A DNA stretch of 64,000 nt from Zygnema circumcarinatum SAG 698-1b (taxonomy: Eukaryota; Plantae; Zygnematophyceae). The DNA lies in the NCBI GenBank assembly GCA_037447605.1, contig CM074815.1, positions 2,542,001 to 2,606,000 on the forward strand, read 5' to 3'. Both the position numbers and the translations under genes were made by a program. The notes under the pieces were generated by a model, which made no database searches, was not told the origin of the DNA, and worked only from the letters and a program-made list of their open reading frames with translations. Positions 1 to 20,439 of this stretch are shown one piece after another; position 1 is the stretch's first letter, and every line of letters starts with the position of its first letter.

Positions 1-828
1 GTTGCGATCCTTGCCAACCAACGGTCGGCCGGCCAACCACTTGGTAACCAATGGTTGGGCTGATGGTTCCCCACCCAGCGGACCTGTGCCATTCCGTACC
101 GCTACACAAACCGTGACGGACGGCGCGAATCGCCTTCCAAATCCGTGCGATCGAAAAATCTACAACCATACCGTATAGTAGATCTAAACCCCAGTCGCGA
201 AGCGTAACTTCCCGGATACGCAATCCTGTTGGCCGCGTTATCATTGGTTAAAAAGATCCCAACGCGATCTGTCAGTCAAAGGGTGCATACGTGGCCAGAA
301 TATAGTGCCCATTTGCGTTGATAAGATACTACGAGATCCTGCAAATTAGATTCGATGAGATTTCTTCAGATCCTAAATATCTTCGGTTACCAGATTGACG
401 TCGACCTTGACAGAAGTCAACTCCGCTCGGTTGGCCTGAAGTCAAGATTCGTATGATCCAATGAAAAGGACACTGTACAGCACCAATAAGCGACTGCCAC
501 GGCTACAAATCTTGTCGGAATGCGGACGTCATCACCTGCTCAGATAAAACCTCCCCCAAGAGGACCCTCTCACGACGCATCGCATTCTAGGGTCCCGTTT
601 GACGGCGGGCCGCGTGTCGCCGCAAAACGACAAATTTGAGCAGCTCGCGCCGCCGGCCAACGGCGCCGCCGCCGCCGCCACGCGACGGCTTTTAAAAGGT
701 GCGTCCGCGCACTCACAAGCAGCGGCCTCTCTTGTGAGGCGAAAGGCGAGGCGGAGAGGAAGGGAGAGAGAGTGAGAGAGAGAGAGAGAGAGGGACAGAA
801 AGATAATACGGATTTCTTCTTCTAAGCC

Positions 829-2945
829 ATGGCTTCTGCAAAGTTTTGTGTTCTCGTTCTGAGCCTCAATCTTTTCAGAGCTGCAATTGTTGCAGCACGC
901 GAGGGCTACCTAGGACCTTTGGACAAATCAACGGAGAGATGGCGGCTAAGTGGGCGGCGGCTCTCTGACGGCGGGGCTGGAGAGAAGGACTATTTGAGCT
1001 TCCGCGAGTTCCTGCAGTCCCCGGAGGCGGCGCGGCGGCTCCAGGATGCGCCCGCCTCGTCGCTGTACCACGCGTACGACATCACCGCGGCGAAGGGCGC
1101 CGTCGACTGGCGGGCGACGGGCGTCATCACGCGCGTCATGGACGCCAAGGACGTACGTGGCCGCGCGCCGCCGTGCGGACTGCATGCATGCATACACATG
1201 CATGCATAGTTCAAAGGAAGACTGAGAAATGAATGCTATGGAGGAAAGATGAGAGAAAGTTCACGGTGCGCGCATGCTGGTTCTTCCTGAAAAGTTTAAA
1301 CAGGCGTGAGCTTAACACTGTCCCTTTACGTGCGTGGTGCGCAGTGCAACAGCTGTTGGGCGCTGACGGTGGCTGACGTGATCGCGCTGCACTACGCCAA
1401 GGAACAGGGGTGGGGCAACCTCCCCCAGCAGCTGGGCAAGCAGTGGTACTTTTCCCCGCAAGGGTCCGCACAGCAGATCGCGGACTGCATGGGAGTGAAC
1501 ATCTGCGCGCAGGGCTACCCCGAGTGGGCCCTCTTCTACGCCACCGTCAATGGGGGGCTCACGATCGAGGACCGCTATCCGTACAATCCGGAACCAGGGG
1601 CAGAAAATCAGGAGTGCAAGAGAGACATCGCGGAAAAACCAACGCTCAAGGTAATCCGTCATCCGGATATCCACAAGCTAAGAGAGTGAGTCAGTTGTGA
1701 TGGATAAATTGACAACTTTACGAACCATTGGAAGGTTGAGGTCTAAGGGGAGTTCGCGATGGCATGCATGCAGGTGACGAGGTGGGAGCAAGTCCCCGCA
1801 TTCGACGAAGAAGCCCTCCGGAAGGCGGTGTCGATGAAGCCGGTCCTTGCATTCATTTCTGCATCCGGGGACTTTGAGGTGCGCCCCAACACACACGCTC
1901 CTCTCTCATGACATAGTTTTCTATCCACCTTCATTGAAAGGGAAAAAATTGTATAGTCTTGGATGCTGTGGAAGGCGGCTGGCGTGTAGGTCAGTAAACT
2001 ACCACATTACCAAGGCCTAAATTTTTTTACGATCCCTTACTTGAATTCCTTACAGAACTACAGCTTCATTTCGAACACCAAGGAAGGTGAAACCAAGGTC
2101 ATCTACAACGGCACCTGTGACCCGACGAACATCAACCACATGGTGATCATTGTCGGGTACAACATGACAGAGCCGCGCCATTGGATCATCAAGAACACGC
2201 GCGGCAACGCGTGGGGCGACAATGGATATATGTATCTCGCCATGACCGGCGAACCCGGCGGAAAGTGCGGCATCAACAGGTAATAAGAATCGACCTCGCT
2301 TCATGCAACATTACTTGTTTGTATATGAGCCATATCGCGTCTCTCCCTCCTTGCTACTTCCAACATCCCACTAACGGATCCCATCTCTCTCTGTGGTCTC
2401 TCCGGCAGTCTCCCGGCGCTGTACCCTCTGTACTACTCGCAGACCGGCAGCATCTGCAAGAGCTTCTACCCCCCCCTGTGCGGCGAGGGCGGGCAGTGCG
2501 TGGACTCCTTGGACGCGTACGGCGTGCCCACCGTGTGGTGCAACTGCTCGGGGCCGTACGAGAACGCGACTCTCCGCGGGGGCCTGCCCGGCTGCGTCCG
2601 CAAGGCCTCCTGCGCGGAGCAGGAGCAACGCCCCNNNNNNNNNNNNNNNNNNNNNNNNNNNNNNNNNNNNNNNNNNNNNNNNNNNNNNNNNNNNNNNNNN
2701 NNNNNNNNNNNNNNNNNNNNNNNNNNNNNNNNNNGTGCCCGTATCCGCGGCCAGAGCCGTCGCCAAATAGGTGTTCGAAAAACTTCGCCAACTGTCAGTC
2801 CGCGTGCGCGGATGCGGCCACCACGCAGGTGGCTGAGACCCCCGTGAAGAAGAGGACTCCCATGTCATGGTCGAACAGCTACTTGGTTTGCGTTCATAAG
2901 TGCTACAACCTCCGGTTCAAAAACATCTGCCCATATTGGATGTGA
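829..2945 (+). CDS. Secreted papain-like (C1A) cysteine protease with C-terminal Cys-rich/EGF-like module; exons 829-1152, 1345-1650, 1774-1878, 2056-2279, 2409-(N gap)-2945
   Basis: Hydrophobic N-terminus (MASAKFCVLVLSL..). Mature-domain start AVDWRATGVIT. Catalytic Cys in CNSCW (TGT 1354), His in INHMVIIVGY (CAC 2137), Asn in WIIKN (2194), then WGDNGYMYL and KCGIN. GT-AG junctions keep frame. The last exon has a six-Cys EGF-like spacing and is interrupted by 100 N. Confidence 0.88.
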
Positions 2946-3816
2946 GTGCTCCTCACTCTCCTTGCGCAGCTCGTGAGTCCTATGCACTGTATAACAGTCG
3001 ATTTGTCCGTCAAATGACGGCATTGTAAGAGAGATCTTGGTGGCATGACTGAGAGGAGAAGGGAAAGTGATGATGATAAAGGTGGATGTTGAGAGAGGAA
3101 TGCAATGCGATGGAGGTGTGAGGGAGAGGGGGGAAGATGAACTCTAAAATCCCTAAAAACCCGAATGTTGATGAGAGAATTTGATGATAATGATCGATGA
3201 TGATAATTTCGTTTGGCTTTTGTGACTTATTTTCTTGCAGACCCTCATAAGGGAATTTCGCGCTGCCAACAACATCTGGTTGACAAGTCTTTCCGTGCAC
3301 AGTGCTAGCTCTTGTTGATAATATTTCCGTTTTTGGAAATGTGGCAACACAAGCTAGAACGAGTGCAGAGAACGTAACCTGATCGTTATGGTTTAAGGTT
3401 TATTAAACCCCTGAATCCTTTTGTTATCTTTTGGTTTAAAGTTGTTAAACCCGTGAAGCCTTTTGTCTTTTAAGTTTCACTGTGTGAGGTCCGCTTCTTT
3501 TTGAATTTTTGTGCTTAATTTATTTTTTATTACAGATGTTTAAGATTTTCATTACTTCTTTACCATTACCACTCTGTTAAACTGAAGAGGCCAGGCCAAT
3601 ACTGTTTAGACAACATAGAAACAGATGTCAGTGGAAGCAGGAATGCTTTTATTGGGCAACGCCTGTACTCAGTTTTAACTTAGAAACTGCTCCCTCTCCC
3701 CTTGTTTCGGAAGACCCCCTTAAAATACTTATTTCCATTTTCCTTAAACGATTCTACAAGTGGTTCATCTTTCTATGATGTTTGCAACCGATCTGCGAGT
3801 GCAAAATTTGCATCAT

Positions 3817-4193
3817 CTATGCTGCAATATTTGAGCTTGTGGCAGACATGGAAGAGCCTCTTGGTGTCACTGCATTACTGGCATTCCACAAATCGATCCA
3901 AACCTCCATGTTGGTCGCCAACTTCTTAAAGGAAGGATCCAAGGTGGATAATTCTGCTTTAACCTGCAAAGTCCCAAGTTCGTAAAACGTTAATAAAACA
4001 TGTCAATTCCGAAAAAACTGAATGAATGAATGAGAATGAATGACATACTTTCTTTACTGAAAATTAATCTGAACTACACTCTGCTATTTTCCCCTCCCTC
4101 TCCCCCTCACACTGCTCGTCCTTTCACTCTCTTGGTTCCAATTTCCCGTGGCCCCCCTCCCCCAATCCGGCCAGCTTGAGAGAGAGAGAAAGA

Positions 4194-4243
<50 letters not shown>

Positions 4244-6115
4244 GAGAAAGGGAGGGAGAAAGAGAGAGAGGGAGGGAGAGAGAGAGAGGGGAAACCTTCT
4301 GAGCAATTTCAAGGTAACATTTTTCGGCCGTATCTGCTGCATTTGACAAACGCAACGACTGGAAAAATGGAATGATTTCTTCTTGTCGGAACATCCCCGT
4401 GAACTCCTTCCTGAGTGTGGTCAAAATCACAAGCATCAAGTCATCCCATTCGTCAGAAGAGTTCAGTAAGAAAAACGACGTTTTTTCTTTTGGTGAAATG
4501 AATGCGAAAGTTTTGGGAAATGATTTCTAGGCGGATAATAAAATAATAAAATTCCATAGTTGGACTCTACTTGAGTTTCAGAAATGGGCTGGTGGTGTCC
4601 TCTCGCCGCACATATGGCAGTCCCGTTTTCGCGCCATAACCCAAATGGTCGCAAATCACCTATTGCAGCCCATAAACACAGGAACGAGTAAAAGAAAAAA
4701 AAATGCCCATAGAAATCTCTGCAGAAAGATAGCATTTAGCTGATCTTTTCAATCTTTTTCTGTCATAGATTACTACTTACTTTAACCTGTCTTTCATAAT
4801 CTGTCCAAATATGTAAAGAATTTTACCTTACAGCACCATCCCGCCCACATGTCATCGTGAATTCCCATCGTTTTGGAGTCCCCCATGGGTGGAAAGTACA
4901 TAGCAGCTCCGATGAGCTCTCGGTCGAAGGCAAGGTTCAGAGAAGACATGGGGAACAAGCAACCCTAACGGAGGACACATGCCCCAAATCAGTTACTCAG
5001 TTTCAATTTTTTTCAATTGTTACAGCTGCTGCTGGATGGCTTTTTTCTGGAAGGGTTCACATACATGAATTGGAACCTGATTTGAGAATAAGATTCTATA
5101 AAAGAAATCACTTTAGAACTCACCCTTGGAACCGTCATAACTGCGTCAACGTAACGGAGGTTTCTTTGTGAAGGGCGGACCAGTTGCGTGGCAGCGTCAT
5201 AGTCCGGAACATTGAGCCATAATCCATGTGATATTACCGTCGGTGTGCCCTCTCGGAGACTAAGGAAAAAACGCAAGGAAAGTTAACCCCCACTCGAGCC
5301 CCCATTTCACTTCCAGCCCAATTCTTCAAAAACATTCAGTATACTAAATTTTGCTTTCCTTCTAAAAAAACTATGTGAAGATTAAGGGACACGCATAAGG
5401 TCAAACGAGGTCAAACTGGTTTGTGATACCTGAAGGGATACCCTCTCACAAAGTCACATGAGCTCCGAAAGGGATCGTAAAGAGTGTTGAAAAAGAAAGG
5501 TGTTGCTGGCGAGGACAGGTTCACTGCATGCTGCTGCAGGGCGTTGACTTTCTCTCCTTTGCGCGGATGTTTTGCGGGAAAGCAATCATTATTAAGAGTT
5601 ATAATGTACCGCTTCTGTGAAAATAGCCATCCAGCACACCGACATGCGCTGCAAAACGCCAGAAAATGCCGAAAGAATGGCACACATGATCAAGAACTGC
5701 TAAAACCCTAAAAAAAGCAACTCGACAAATCAAAACTAAAGCAAAGCAATTGCAGTTTATCAACGCCTTCTTTATACGTCACTGATACGCGAGTGAATAT
5801 AACGCTTAGGAAGGTTTTTTTTCTGAACCTTGCTTGAGAGGGAATGCAGCTTGCGCGAGACCCAAGGTCCGAGATGATGTTGGCCATGGTCACCACCTCG
5901 TAGTCGAACCCTTGCGGCACGCTCACAGGGAACGCGGGCCGAGAGGGGGACTCCGCCGCGCCTGCTTGAACGATTATGAGGTGGTAGGGTTGCAGGAAGG
6001 GTCGCCAGTCTTCAAGGAAGGAGAGGTTGTCTCCCCTTGCATTCGCACTAATCACAACGTCGGTATCGGCCGGGGAAGCAACAATAGCCTCGTCGTCGTC
6101 TGGAATTGTGGCCAT
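3817..6115 (-). CDS. RGP: Reversibly glycosylated polypeptide / UDP-arabinopyranose mutase family (GT75) protein with DxD replaced by NND; 7 exons
   Basis: Spliced translation gives [123 protein letters not shown]. These are collinear with plant RGP/UAM proteins. Stop TAG at 3819-3817. Confidence 0.93.
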
Positions 6116-6379
6116 TAGGGAGTTTGAACTGTGGCAGAATGCTGGTTTCTGCCTATACTTTGAGCTGGCAGGAGGAGAGGAAGGAGATGGAGGGAGAGGG
6201 GTTACAGGAGGAGAATCCTGGAAAGATAATTTATCAAAAGTATATGGAAGGGTTTTCAATTCTTCTAAGGAATAAAGGAGAAAAGGAAGAAAGCAAGTGG
6301 GTAGACAGGACCGAGCGGCTCTGGGAGAGAGTGCGGACTGTGAAGCCGGGGAAGGGGAGGGGTTGATGTGACGGAATGT

Positions 6380-6552
6380 CGCGTGACGTGACGTAGACGG
6401 AGCCGCATGCATCAAAATATAGGACAGCTTAAAAAACGGTGTCATGAACGAATAAGGAGGTGCCACGTGGAACAATGATACACGTGGCAGCAGCTGGACG
6501 GGTTCCTTGATTCCTCCTGAAGCATCGCCCAATGGGAACTCGCCACGTTGGC
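6380..6552. promoter_or_regulatory. ACGT-core (G-box/ABRE-like) cluster upstream of RGP-like gene
   Basis: TGACGTGACGT (~6384), GCCACGTGG (~6462), ACACGTGGCAG (~6480) and GCCACGTTGGC (~6542) lie 270-430 bp upstream of the ATG at 6115. Function is inferred from motif only. Confidence 0.4.
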
Positions 6553-7258
6553 AAGGAGTGACAATAGCCCATTCGAGAATGCACTATGTCATGGCACAAT
6601 GGCGCGATGCACAAGATCAATGCCAGATCCAATCCCATTGCCTCCACTAAGCTCGAATATGGAGGGCCCAACAGGGCACATGTCAGACTTTAAAGTAGAA
6701 CTTAAGGAAACAAATCTGAAACCAAAATGAGTACTCAGACATCGCGATCTTGCTGCAGAAGTGTTCTCCGTCTAAATTACGTTTCCAGTTTTACTGCATC
6801 AACCTGTTCCGTCCAGTTTAAACTGGAATCTGGTCGAACTGGCGCATGGAACGGGTTCTTGGAGCCGTCAAATTCGGTTGGCTGTCAAAAATAGACAGCG
6901 ACGTGGACGTCATGTCCGTACGGTACGGCCAACCGTTAGCAGCACGACACGTTTCGAATACTGTGTGGCGGACTGCTGAGACTTCCAAGCCAGCCACGTG
7001 GCAGTTTCCTCACCACAAAACTCTGCCCCCTCGGGTCCAGCCGTTCCTGCGCCTGGTACAGCGAATATTTCGCTCTGTCGTGTAGCGAGATTCTCTGTCG
7101 TGTATCGCGGAGCGTGCGCATCCCAGGCCATGCGAGCGGAGATCTCCGGATCTTGCGCATGTGGAAATGAATGCGTTCCCGCGCACTGCTGGCGGCTGCC
7201 GGAGGACACGTGTTCGGAAGGGAGGGTCTCCGGCTGCAAGATCCTCTTGTCGTCTACT

Positions 7259-7614
7259 AGGGGTTGTCAGACTTAAGAAACGTCCGTAAGGCTGATCGCG
7301 AACTTTCCGCAACTTTTCGAGTCAACGTCCGTCAAAAATGAGCTCCCGAACGCAACCGTGATCGCCGCCCGTCCGCACAGACAGGCCCTTTCCGCACCTG
7401 TTTTGGCTGCAGACGATTTCGTGCGGACAAGTTGTACGGTCAGTACGTTTTTGGACGCGCCGTTCGTAAAATTGACTTGTACTTCTCGTACTGTTGACTT
7501 GCAATAGGTTCGATTTAGGTTCGGCAAAGCAGTATTATCAGTTATCAGTAGCTTTCGTTTTCGTATTGCTGACCGCGAGCTTTTAGTAACCTTTTGCTAA
7601 GTCTGACAACCTGT
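7259..7614. mobile_element. Putative non-autonomous TIR element (MITE-like), related to the 167-bp module at 45.6-47.5 kb
   Basis: Ends are AGGGGTTGTCAGACTTA (7259) and TAAGTCTGACAACCTG-TA (7598-7615). They share the core GTCAGACTTA with the GGGGGTGTCAGACTTAA termini downstream. No coding capacity. Confidence 0.55.
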
Positions 7615-10425
7615 ATTGGGACCGGAAAGATTCGGCGGCTTTTTTAACCAACAAAAATCCAAATTTCTAGATTTGGTTAGATACGGACGGAATTATCCAA
7701 GTCAGCATAGATTTGTCGCTATGTGTGACCTGATAGTACGACAAAAAAATCCATGAGGTCATTTTCAAGGGAAGGTGCAGGGAACCTGCTATGTCGGAAT
7801 TTGTCTGACGTCACCTTAAGACTTCTCCTAGTCAAACTCATGCCAGGTGACGCCATATGATGTGCTGGATTTTGTCTTGTCGTGGCACGCAATTTCGGCG
7901 GAGCTGCCTTGGCGCAACGTGGCCGCGCATGAGCGTCGGAAATTTGGGGATACGGAATTGTCAAATCGCGATCTGATGTTTGGGCACAGTGCGCCGGTGG
8001 ATATTTTTGGCGGATTAACCGAAAATGTCGGTGGCCGAAAAGGACGTTGGGATAGCATAAAGCGTTGCACCCGCGCAAAATCGTCAGACCTTCATTTTTC
8101 CCGATTATTTTTTCTTAGACATAACTTGTGTTTTCCTGCCCGGTCAGTATATACAGGCACCTGATTAGCCAAAGTCGCAAAGAGACACATTTAAGGGAAA
8201 CGTTTTGAAATTTGTTTCAAAAGAAAGAATAATGCAATTTTTTTCTTAGCCTGATAAAGTGCAGTTACTACCATCCCTAGTCAACACCTCCCCCTCAACC
8301 TCCAAAACGTTCGTACATCATTCGTACGAAATATCTTGCCATCTGCAGATGAGTACAAAATCTCTGACGTAGGTGGCGTACCAACCGACCCAATTTGTAC
8401 GAATCCAGATCTGTCCACATCGCCCCGTCCGCCATCTGACGGCCGAAAGCAGTCCGTACCGTTTTCCGCACGTGTCATGAGATTCGGTGACATTTTGTTC
8501 CGCCTTTCCCGAATCGGTAAAACGCGCGTTCAATTCTGACGATCCGCAGAATCTTATAAGATCAGATCCGCAGATCTTTCGGCTTGGCATGTACCGGGGG
8601 AGGCGCCATCTGGCCGTCTGCACCTCGCCCGGGAGAGAGAGAGAGAGAGAGCGAGAAAGGAGAAGGAACAGGGAGAGAAGGAGAGGGAGAGGGAAAGGGA
8701 GAGGGAGAGGATTGTACGGACCTAAGAAGCGCAGGGCTCGGGGATTGGTCAGATCCGGATTCCGGCAGCCGTTGGATGCTTGACGCGTGTTCCTCAGGGT
8801 TTAGGGTTTAGGGTTTTGGAGGCTCGACCAGGAACAACAGAGAACAGGGCTGCTGCCATTCGTTGCATCGAGTACGGTAGGGTTGAATTTCTCATAAGAC
8901 GAAGGGGTTGGATCAGGGTTTAGGGTTTTGGATCGTTTCTTGGCGCCTCCAGATGCCTCTGGAAGCAATATCAGTGGTTTAGGAAATGTTAGGGTTTTGG
9001 AGACATACGTTGAGGAGATTTACTGGCTTTTTTATTCATATTTAAGAGTTCGGGTTCAAGAGCGGGGAGGGACGAGAGGAAAATGATGCTGGAACCGCCG
9101 CAGAATGCTGCAAACGACGAGTTTTAGGGCTGGCGTGGCAGCGGGCGATTGGACCGCACAGCCGCTAAGAACGGCTGAGAGGGGCCATGGGGGCAGGAGA
9201 GCTCTGTGACAACTTGGTAAGGCTCTCTCTCTCTCTCTCCCTCTCTCTCTCTCTCCCTCTCTCTCTCTCCCCCTCCCACTCTGCAAAGCCAGTCCCTCTT
9301 TCTCTCTCTCAGCCTCCCTCCTTTCAAATCTAGACTCTCTCGCTTCCTTTCCCCTTCCTCCCTGCAAAGCTAGTCTCGCTCTCTTCCCCCTTCATTTTTT
9401 GCACAGCAAGTCTCTCCCTCTCTCTCTCACCCTCCCTTTCTAGAAAGCCAATCTCTCTCCCCTCCCCTTCCATTGCTTAGTTGTGCTCTACCTCTACCTC
9501 TACAGAGACGACCTCTGCTTCTCTTTTTTCTATCACTCCTTCTCACTCTCTACCGCGCTTGCGCGTCTTGACTTTCCCTCCCTGTCCCTCTCATTCTCTT
9601 TCTCTTTCCCTCTCCCTCGCGCTCGCTTTCTCTCTCTCTCCCTCTCTCCCTCTCCCATCTGTACCCGCTCACTATCCCCTCTCCTGCCATCCCTCCTCTG
9701 CCAGACAACCTGCCCCTCTACGGCCGCCACTCCCCCTTTTCTCCCTCCCTTTTAATCACTCTCTCCATAATCCTGTAGACCGTCTCTTCTTCTCTCTCAA
9801 GAAGCAGAGAAAGCTTTGCGATTAGCGTCTCTCTGCAGAATCGGATTCTGGAAAAAAATATGCGGAGCAGAAGGTTGCACCAGATTTAGGTACTACTGTG
9901 GTAAGGAGGATTGGAGATGCGTGGGAAAGCTTCTGTTCCTATGCAAAGAAAATGGAAATTAAATTATGACTGCAGGAGGTGTTACAAGCAACATTTATGC
10001 TCTGATTTCTCCCGCTCCCTCTCCCTCTCCCTCTCCCTCTCCCTCTCCCTCTCCCTCTCCCTCTCCCTCGCTTTCGAAGCCCTCTTTTTTTTCTACATTC
10101 CTTCTTTACTGCATTCCCCCCCCCTCTCTCCCTCTCACTCGCCCTCTCTCTCGGCGCCTGCTCCCGCCTTTTCATCTCTCATTTCTTCGCCTTCTCTCTA
10201 CGAGGCTGCTTCTGCTTCCTCGTCTCTTCTCGCCCTCATTCCTTCCCTCCATTTCCCTCTTTCCTTTTTCCCTTTCGTTTTCTCGTCCTCTCTCTCTCTC
10301 ACACTCTTTCTCCCTCTCTTTGACTTCCCCCTGTTTGGCTTGCTGATTCCCGTTTTTCTTTCCTTCCTTTGCAGGTTCCTGATTTGGGTCGGCGAAGCAT
10401 TGACAATTTGAGGCCGTTGTGTAGA

Positions 10426-18213
<7,788 letters not shown>

Positions 18214-19195
18214 AAAAGGCAACACTCAAAAGGGTGAAGGATGAAAGGGTGGACAGAGAGATAGAGATGGAGGAGAGAGGGAGGGAGGGAGGGGGAGAAA
18301 GAGAGAGAGAGAGAAAGAGGTGGGTCCTTCGAACTTCCTTGGTTTCAAGTGAGAGAGGAAGTGAAGGGGGGTAGGGAATGTTTTGAGTGAGTTGTTCGAA
18401 ACGCTTCAGGTTCCATGTGGAGGGGTTCGAACTCGGAAGCAGTACCTCGCAGGAAAAGTTTTTGCCTGCCCGCTTCTGTTTTCGCATTGTATTCCACGAA
18501 ATCCACTTTGTCCGAAGGGGTGTTCATATTGAGCACGGACACGGTGGCAGAAGGCACATAGAACTAGGCAGGAAGTGCAGATTTAGGGTTTCCTCGTGAG
18601 TGGAGCTTTGAAGGGCGTTCTCATATTAGGCAGTGCACATATTTGAAGATTAGAAGACCTCTGTCTAACAGAGTTTTGCATCAAGGAGGGTCCAAGTTTT
18701 GCAACAAGGGGCGTCATAGAATTAGGCTTTCGATATCTGTTTGTGTATAGTCATTAAGTCCTTCCCTCTCCCTCGCCGTGTCGTCCTCTCCTCTTCATGC
18801 CTCATTTCTCACCCTCTGTATCCCCATCATCCCTCTCTCTTTCTCGTCCTTTCTCCTCCAAGCAGAAGTAGCATCTTCAAGTTTTCCAAAGAATAGGATT
18901 CCTCTTAGGGTCTCCGTCCTATGTTCAATAAATCCTGTCGGTACCGCAAACCCGTGCTTTTCACAATGTATTATATTCCTCACTGCACCATGTCAATGCA
19001 TGGGAATGGAGCGATATGATGATCATGATGGCCTAATTCAGTCAACGTTGACTCAGCCTGTGGTGCCATATTACGGTCATGGCGTGCACAATGGCATGCA
19101 TTGTAGCACTGTGGTACAGCAGACCGTGACATGTGAAACCCCGTAATTGCATACCGGAACGACATTTGTATGGCAGGCTATTGCACGGTAAGGCC

Positions 19196-19290
19196 TGGCA
19201 TGGCGTGGCATGGCGTGGCATGGGATGGCATGGCATGGTACGGCATAGCATGGCAAGGCATGCTGTAGCGTGTTATGGTATGGCATGGCA
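19196..19290. repeat. Degenerate (TGGCA)n pentanucleotide repeat
   Basis: tggcatggcgtggcatggcgtggcatgggatggcatggcatgg.. visible directly. Confidence 0.8.
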
Positions 19291-20439
19291 GGCCCACGTG
19301 GCGCGATGCAGACAACATAAAAGTTTGATACCTAAGAAACTACAATTGATAAGCAAAGCTTATGGACGGGTTCACAGAAACACTAGCAAAACTGAAATTC
19401 GCATGGAACTCAAGATGGCTCAAATGTATGCACGCTCCCACGTGCCCATCTTTCACAACATTTGGAAATGAGGCGTAAAATATAACACAACACAGTTCTG
19501 AACAATTTGTGGCAGTTTTGTCTACTAAGGTGGGTCGTATTTGTCCGTATGGTACTACTGGCTCCACATGTAAATGAAATATTTTTCAGAACTGAAGGGG
19601 GACATTAAGAAACAAAGGACGGCAGTTTGATCCGTAACAACATATGGACAATTGTGCATACAAAAAATTTCAGTCCAAGTCCGCCCCCATGGGAGCGTAT
19701 CCCCTGCCCTCCCAGCTCGCCATCAAGCCTCCCTCGCCTCCTCCAATCCCGATCCCATCCGCATCTAACCAGCCATTGCCATCATCATCTACAAAGGAAA
19801 GAAAAAAGGGAATAAAGAAAGGGAATAAAAAAAGGGGGGATGTGGAGGAGACGATTTGGCTTTTAAGGATTGTGAGGGTTTTCAGGTATTGAGGATTTTA
19901 GGGGTCTTAAGGGACGTTAGGAATAAAGAGATTGAATGGTGGGTCGCAGAGCTGATGGCACTTTGCAACCTTAGAATTTGAGGGAGAGGAAACCACTCAC
20001 AGTGATTGAAGAGTTGAGGGTTCACATCTGTTTTCAGAGAAGGAGTACGTCGCGAATTGCGAAAACGATGGTGGGGTTTCTCAGCCAGGACAAATGGAGT
20101 ACTCCTTCTTCCTGCATGGCAAACTCTGCCCTAAATCTTCCTGAGTGTAGTTCCACACTGGAAGGGAGGGAGGGAGGGAGGGACGGAGGAGAAGAGAGAG
20201 TAAAACAATCCACTAGAACCTTTCCCCAAAAGTTTATTTTGCAGTGATTACAACCTTATTTGAAGGTTTGAGGGTTGAAAACTCGAAAGACCTCACAAAG
20301 GACCAGTATGACACTACCTGCCTTAAAAGGGTTATGACTAAGCCCCTCCCTTGCCAGAGACTGGGTTCATTTTATAACTTCATCAAGGTTTTATTTAGAC
20401 GGAATAACTTTCCTACACACATACTCCTTCCAATCATTT

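Noticed and set aside
4560-4575. In-frame TAG in an RGP exon (premature stop?)
   Set aside because: Resolved by the intron AA|GT at 4570 joining to ag|G at 4410, which restores LKKEFTG.
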